A stretch of DNA of 64,000 nucleotides from Phoronis australis (taxonomy: Eukaryota > Animalia > Phoronida), in the NCBI GenBank assembly GCA_002633005.1, contig NMRA01000085.1, forward strand, positions 537,464-601,463, given 5' to 3'. Positions 61,256 through 64,000 of the stretch are shown here, piece by piece. A model generated the notes under the pieces. It saw only the letters and a list, made by a program, of their open reading frames with translations, was not told the DNA's origin and did no database searches. Every line of letters starts with the position of its first letter. The first letter of the stretch is position 1. Made by a program: the position numbers and the translations under genes.

Positions 61256-64000
61256 GGTAGTTCACGGTTTGTAGCTTATACATGTAAAAGGGTGATGACT
61301 TGGTCGGATTCCATGTCTACTATCCACCATATGCCGCGGCGTGAGTTTGCATACCGCTTATTAACATGCGGACACTATAATGTGTGTTGAAATTTAAATT
61401 TGATCCCGACGCATCCATACGCAGCACAAAATTCGTATTTCCTCTGCCGCTCAGTTTTCATTTACGTGACTCTGACATCGTATACTATGGGAGTCGAGAA
61501 GGATGCCAGGACACTGTAGTAAAACGTACGTGAAAACAAAAACCACGCAGAGTGGTCACAAGATGATTGACGGACATAAGTGGTTCATCCAGTAGCTTGA
61601 CAAATTGCTATCTGGGGAACTTGATGACAGCGATGTTCGATTGCTTGTAAGAGGGATCGGTTTCTGTTGCAACGAATACCAATTAGTTTCAGAATGTAAC
61701 AGAATTTTTAGTCAACATACAAGAGTAGAATGCAAACAATATGTGAAATTCACAAATCGTAGGGACACCTTTTGGTCAAGTGCGAAACCAAACCATGGGC
61801 ATCCCCACTCCTTCATTTCAAACTATTGGCCGAGTGCGAAAACATATACGTGTGTACGTATGTATGTACGCCTGTGTGTATGTATACAGAAAAGAAAAAT
61901 AATTTAAAAAGTTCAAACGAATAAATAATAGGAATAAGCTGGTGCGAAAATACTACAAATCAAGGTCCAGTCTACGACTCAAGCAAAACGATTTTTTTCC
62001 TCCTGGCTGTGTGCGTTTCGTTGGGCCCTGCCCTGCGAGAAATCACAAGTGCGCTCGGCGGCAGACTCGTTTACTATGTAATACGGGAGTAAACTAATTA
62101 AACGCAAATGTAATTAATTAGGGTGAAAACGCAAGATCACGCAAGACTTCGCGAGATATCGCCATGTATTACAAACGAAGCACGTAATCAAACTAGCTTC
62201 CTTCGCAAGACTCTTGCATCTGTGGAACACAAAATAACCCAGGAATACATATTGAATGTAGTTGCCAGGAGTGATCAGTGTTGTCAATCGAAAGACCGTA
62301 CTGAAGCGCGACCATTTTGTAAACTGTAACTCTCTCATGAACTCTCGTCATGCATTTACACTGTCTGTACGGTCAACACGGCATTTTCGTGCTCCAGTTC
62401 CAACTCCATAGACAGAGTTTTGCTTTCCAGCGATGACTAACCGATCTATAGAGTCATCAAAGTATATAGGTAGTGATAGAATCTCTCGACATCTCTACCA
62501 ATCAAAGTTAAGACCGGAAGAAAAACATAATTTCAAGAGAAATATAGTTCTGTGTTAGCCATGTTGTTGGAACACTGCCAGAAATTCAAAACTTTGCCCC
62601 ATCTGCCGGTCAAAACAACAGTAGCCAAGCTGAAGAACGCGGGATGAGGACATCCTGTCACTGCCGCAATGTGAATCTTTATCCAGTATGCTTTGTTTAC
62701 TTTATATGATGTCATGTTGAAAGAACATCATTTCGAAACACGTTTTGAATTAAATTGAATTGCGTGAAATTCGTCTGATGTTTATAACTGATTGAAGCAG
62801 ACATGGTATCTTTAATAAATTGCCAATAGTGTAATTTTTTCAACAATGACGAATTGCTGAAATCGTTAACAATTGAGGAAATTCAGGTCAAAATGTGAAA
62901 ATTGTAAATAAAGCGTGTGCAATAATCCATCGCTTTCCGCGTGAATTAAAACATTAATTATTGAATATGTCATCTCCTCATATCCACCCCCCCCCCCNCC
63001 ACTTGTGGAATTTACTCTAACAGATGCAATTAGATATTACTGCAATTTACGACAAGCGAATTTCAATAGACCACCAGTAGAGTTTTTATCCATATGGCTC
63101 ACGTCTTGTTGGCGGATGGTCCACTTAAGAAGACGTGTTGTGGTTGGCATACTCCGTGTGGAGATACGACACGTGATTTACGCATCTTGCCGAGGTGATT
63201 GGCGTTTGCGATCCTGTTCTTCTATTGTGTCAAGAGTTATTAGTCATCTTAGAGTGTATCTTGGCCATTAGAGTGATGAACAGTCGAGAGACTTAGAGAT
63301 CATCTGTTATGGTCAGAGAACTGGTAGCGTGTTGAAAGAAAAGATAACATAACGAACACGATGATTTGGAAATACGGTTGTTCTAATAAGGTCATCTTAA
63401 ACATATTGTCTATCCTGATGTAGGGGTTGTGCGTGACAGTTGGAAAATTCCGTAGGCGGATTTCGATTAGTTTTGCTTCGCAACGAGGTTTCAACTTTTT
63501 GTCTTGGGCGACAGGCACGCGCAATTAGATATAGCACAGAAGCAAGTCCGCAGGTCGCCAGAACCCTTCGTTTGGAACGTCTTGGCTTCATCGGCTTTTA
63601 AGTGTCTGACACGACGCACATGTTGTTCCAAACACGTCCGCGCAGAATACATATTGTTAGTTTGCTTGGGTTGCCAAAGGCGTAAAAGACCCCGTGACAC
63701 GATTTTTACTGCCGGTACATATTTTCCGTGTTTGTGATTTTAACCCTGAACAGCATGATGCGGTGCTGTCGTTTGACTCCGTTGTTGAGTATTTTCTGTG
63801 TTGTGGTGATCTCAGCGAAAACTGCAAGATTGCTCGGAAACTTCAGACGCAGGCCAATATTAAATGTTACCAGTAAGGAAAATCAGCTATTCTATAAAAG
63901 GTGAGTGTAAGGTTGTAGTGTCTCTGACTATTTTGTTTGCACTTGATAATGTAGTTGTCCAGTCCCTCAGTCAACTGAAGGAGCGCGGCGAACGCACCCC

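Noticed and set aside
56200-64000. Short ORFs right of the GAPVD1 promoter (e.g. 60745-60981, 61605-61907, 63005-63271)
   Set aside because: No recognisable domains or phase-consistent exon chain. Treated as intergenic or intronic.
1-64000. tRNA, rRNA or canonical snoRNA genes
   Set aside because: No cloverleaf with A/B boxes, rRNA signature or well-formed C/D or H/ACA box pair was seen. A covariance-model scan would be needed to exclude them.

Overview
AT-rich, intron-containing animal genomic DNA (invertebrate-like; the taxon cannot be fixed from sequence alone), with assembly gaps. Hand-checking splice phases gives three host genes. (1) 1213-6227 (+): a 5-kb terminal exon encoding a transmembrane helix and a ~1630-aa tail of ~18 helical repeats plus two modules resembling the dynein stalk microtubule-binding domain. 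Its 5' exons lie left of the window. (2) 10023-24938 (+): a 7-exon, ~386-aa uncharacterised gene with a duplicated WL..A...DR motif. (3) 28965-53090 (-): GAPVD1/GAPex-5/RME-6 (RasGAP-like + VPS9), 19 coding exons, ~1714 aa, with a probable first exon near 56.05 kb. Mobile DNA includes two 5'-truncated Penelope-like insertions, each with an inverted end, a target-site duplication and a minimal hammerhead-ribozyme motif. One of them is nested in a decayed, intron-containing THAP-HTH-DDE (PIF/Harbinger, ISL2EU-like) transposase. Several MITEs are present, as is a likely two-haplotype duplication at a 1-N gap. The most notable observations are the membrane-anchored double MTBD-like repeat protein and three identical TA->TACATGTA insertions in one arm of an inverted repeat. 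All domain and family calls come from motif recognition, not database searches.
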